From: Prevotella sp.
Lineage (GTDB): Bacteria > Bacteroidota > Bacteroidia > Bacteroidales > Bacteroidaceae
Assembly (NCBI GenBank): GCA_017642485.1
Contig: JAGCPC010000116.1
Coordinates: 42,471 to 106,470 of the forward strand
Direction: 5' to 3'
Length of the DNA stretch: 64,000 nucleotides
The notes under the pieces are model-generated. The model worked only from the letters and a program-made list of their open reading frames with translations. It was not told where the DNA came from and did not search any database. The stretch's first letter is position 1, and each line of letters starts with the position of its first letter. This document shows positions 61,147-64,000 of the stretch, in pieces. The position numbers and the translations under genes are program-made.

Positions 61147-62193
61147 CTACTCTTCTTCTGGGTGTATCCTTGCCAGTCCGATGAATGTTGCCGACAGCTG
61201 TGTGAACACCATCGCCTGGATGAAGCATACGAGGCACTCCAGCGTGAGCATGAAGACGCTCATCAGCATACTCACCGCGCCGAGTCCTGCCAGCATGCCG
61301 TAACCCATCGTGGCAGCCACGAATATCACGCACGTGATGGACAGCGCTATGGCATGTCCCGCCATCATATTGGCAAAGAGACGGATCATCAGGGCAAAGG
61401 GCTTGGTGAATATTCCCACAAACTCTATCAGGGGCATCAGCGGTATGGCTTTCAGCGCCAGTGGCACCTCGGGCCAGAATATGTCCTTCCAGTAGTGCTT
61501 AGAGCCAGAGAACTGTGTTATCACAAACGTGCAGAATGCCAGGAAGAATGTGCAGGCGATGTTTCCCGTCAGGTTACCCCCAAACGGTGGGAACGGTATG
61601 ATGCCGAATACGTTGGCAAAGAAGATAAAGAAGAAGCACGTCAGCAGGTACGGCATATACTTCTCGTAGCCCTTGCCTATGCTTGGCTTTATCATGTTGT
61701 CCACCACGTACATCACCAGCATCTCTATAAATCCTACGAAGCCCTTTGGAGCTTCATCACTTGGTTTACGATTTTTATACCAACGCGCTGGTAACAAGAT
61801 GATTAAGAGCAGCAAGAAAGAGTCAATGAACAATACGCACACCGTCTTCGTGATACTGATGTCAAGTACGCTCTGCTCCACGTCTCCCACCTTCTCCACT
61901 ATCTTGCCAGCGTTAGGTCCTTCCTCTGCTATCGTCAGTCCTTCGTACACCTTTCCCTCGAGTATCTTGTCACTGAGGAATACGTGCCATCCCGTAGAAC
62001 TGTGGACTATCACGGGCAGCGGTATAGCCACGGCGTTCTCGTGACTGCCTATGATGTGCCATTCGTAGGAGTCCTTTATATGTCCCAGCACGGTGCCATT
62101 GACGTCAACCTTGCCTCCCTCCTCACTGGCCATTGCGGGCGTGAGGCACAGCATTACGGCTGCCAGGCAAAGTATGTATTTCAGTTTCTTCAT
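61147..62193 (-). CDS. atpB: ATP synthase a
   Basis: KPFALMIRLFANMMAGH, FIQAMVF. Confidence 0.95.
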   Translation of the reverse strand: MKKLKYILCLAAVMLCLTPAMASEEGGKVDVNGTVLGHIKDSYEWHIIGSHENAVAIPLPVIVHSSTGWHVFLSDKILEGKVYEGLTIAEEGPNAGKIVEKVGDVEQSVLDISITKTVCVLFIDSFLLLLIILLPARWYKNRKPSDEAPKGFVGFIEMLVMYVVDNMIKPSIGKGYEKYMPYLLTCFFFIFFANVFGIIPFPPFGGNLTGNIACTFFLAFCTFVITQFSGSKHYWKDIFWPEVPLALKAIPLMPLIEFVGIFTKPFALMIRLFANMMAGHAIALSITCVIFVAATMGYGMLAGLGAVSMLMSVFMLTLECLVCFIQAMVFTQLSATFIGLARIHPEEE

Positions 62194-62208
62194 TGTATAA
62201 TTGACCTA

Positions 62209-62481
62209 TCAATGTTTTAATATTATCGAGATAATCACCATCGCCACGTACATCAGCGTGAATGCGAGGCAGAATGTTACCGCCTCCTCGTGCGTATACT
62301 GTGCAAAGAGCATGTAGAGTGCCACTACCGTCAGCGCCATCACAAATCGTATCGACGCCATGATGAAGTAGTATGTCACCGCCCTCTCAGGTTGGTATCT
62401 CTGTACCGCTCTCAGCCCCACCACCCATGCGTATATGAGTAATGTGTAGAAGAATACGGAGAAAACGAGCCAGGGCCACAT
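62209..62481 (-). CDS. small membrane protein in atp operon (AtpI-like position)
   Basis: 3 TM segments between atpC and atpB. Confidence 0.65.
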   Translation of the reverse strand: MWPWLVFSVFFYTLLIYAWVVGLRAVQRYQPERAVTYYFIMASIRFVMALTVVALYMLFAQYTHEEAVTFCLAFTLMYVAMVIISIILKH

Positions 62482-62506
62482 GTTTTTTTTTGCGCTCTTC
62501 CTGCTT

Positions 62507-62758
62507 TTATGCGCTTTCGCGCTCTATGCAGAGTGACACGTCGTTGTGCAGCACTTCCACAAAACCGCCTGCCACATGTATCTCTTCCACCGTTCCCTCG
62601 GCGTTGGTGTATGCCACCTTACCCTCGGTGAGGGCTGATATCAGCGGTGCGTGGTTTTGCAATATCTCCATCGCGCCGAGCACGCCAGGCACTTTCACGC
62701 TGGTCGCCTCGCCCTCGTAGAGGACCTTCTCTGGTGATACTATCTTCAGTTTAAGCAT
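62507..62758 (-). CDS. atpC: ATP synthase epsilon (N-terminal domain only)
   Basis: LKIVSPE, ILQNHAPLIS, GGFVEV; 83 aa. Confidence 0.93.
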   Translation of the reverse strand: MLKLKIVSPEKVLYEGEATSVKVPGVLGAMEILQNHAPLISALTEGKVAYTNAEGTVEEIHVAGGFVEVLHNDVSLCIERESA

Positions 62759-62822
62759 TCTTTCTTACCTTTTTTTATAAGGGGGGATGATTGCATTTGT
62801 CCTTTTGGGTCAAAGACTGTAC

Positions 62823-64000
<1,178 letters not shown>

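Overview
Core-genome window of a Bacteroidales bacterium, most likely Prevotellaceae. Evidence for the taxon: TAnnTTTG -7 promoters, the atpD-C-x-B-E-F-H-A-G order, a GT3 glycogen synthase, a T9SS plug-like protein, and PPi-PFK plus PFOR. About 50 mostly housekeeping CDSs are present (htpG, glmM, dcp, metY, pfp, purL, typA, hisG/D/C, ndk, hisS, purA, nifJ, atp operon), along with SRP RNA and tRNA-Thr(TGT) and a small accessory block of secreted proteins and lipoproteins (34.5-39.4 kb). No transposase, integrase, prophage gene or CRISPR array was recognised. The most unusual signal is non-coding. Several families of degenerate 6-9 bp tandem arrays sit at gene junctions, usually starting at the stop codon, and recur at distant loci. 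They form exact direct repeats or long inverted repeats, and some are translated as signal peptides and protein loops. Every junction of the interrupted hisG-hisD-MATE-DUF3737-malY-hisC-galM-ndk operon carries one. Also notable: two palindromic elements with 21-22 bp periodicity, a probable hydrolase-only long RSH, and a winged-helix protein with a histone-H1-like tail. All calls come from reading the sequence; no database searches were run.
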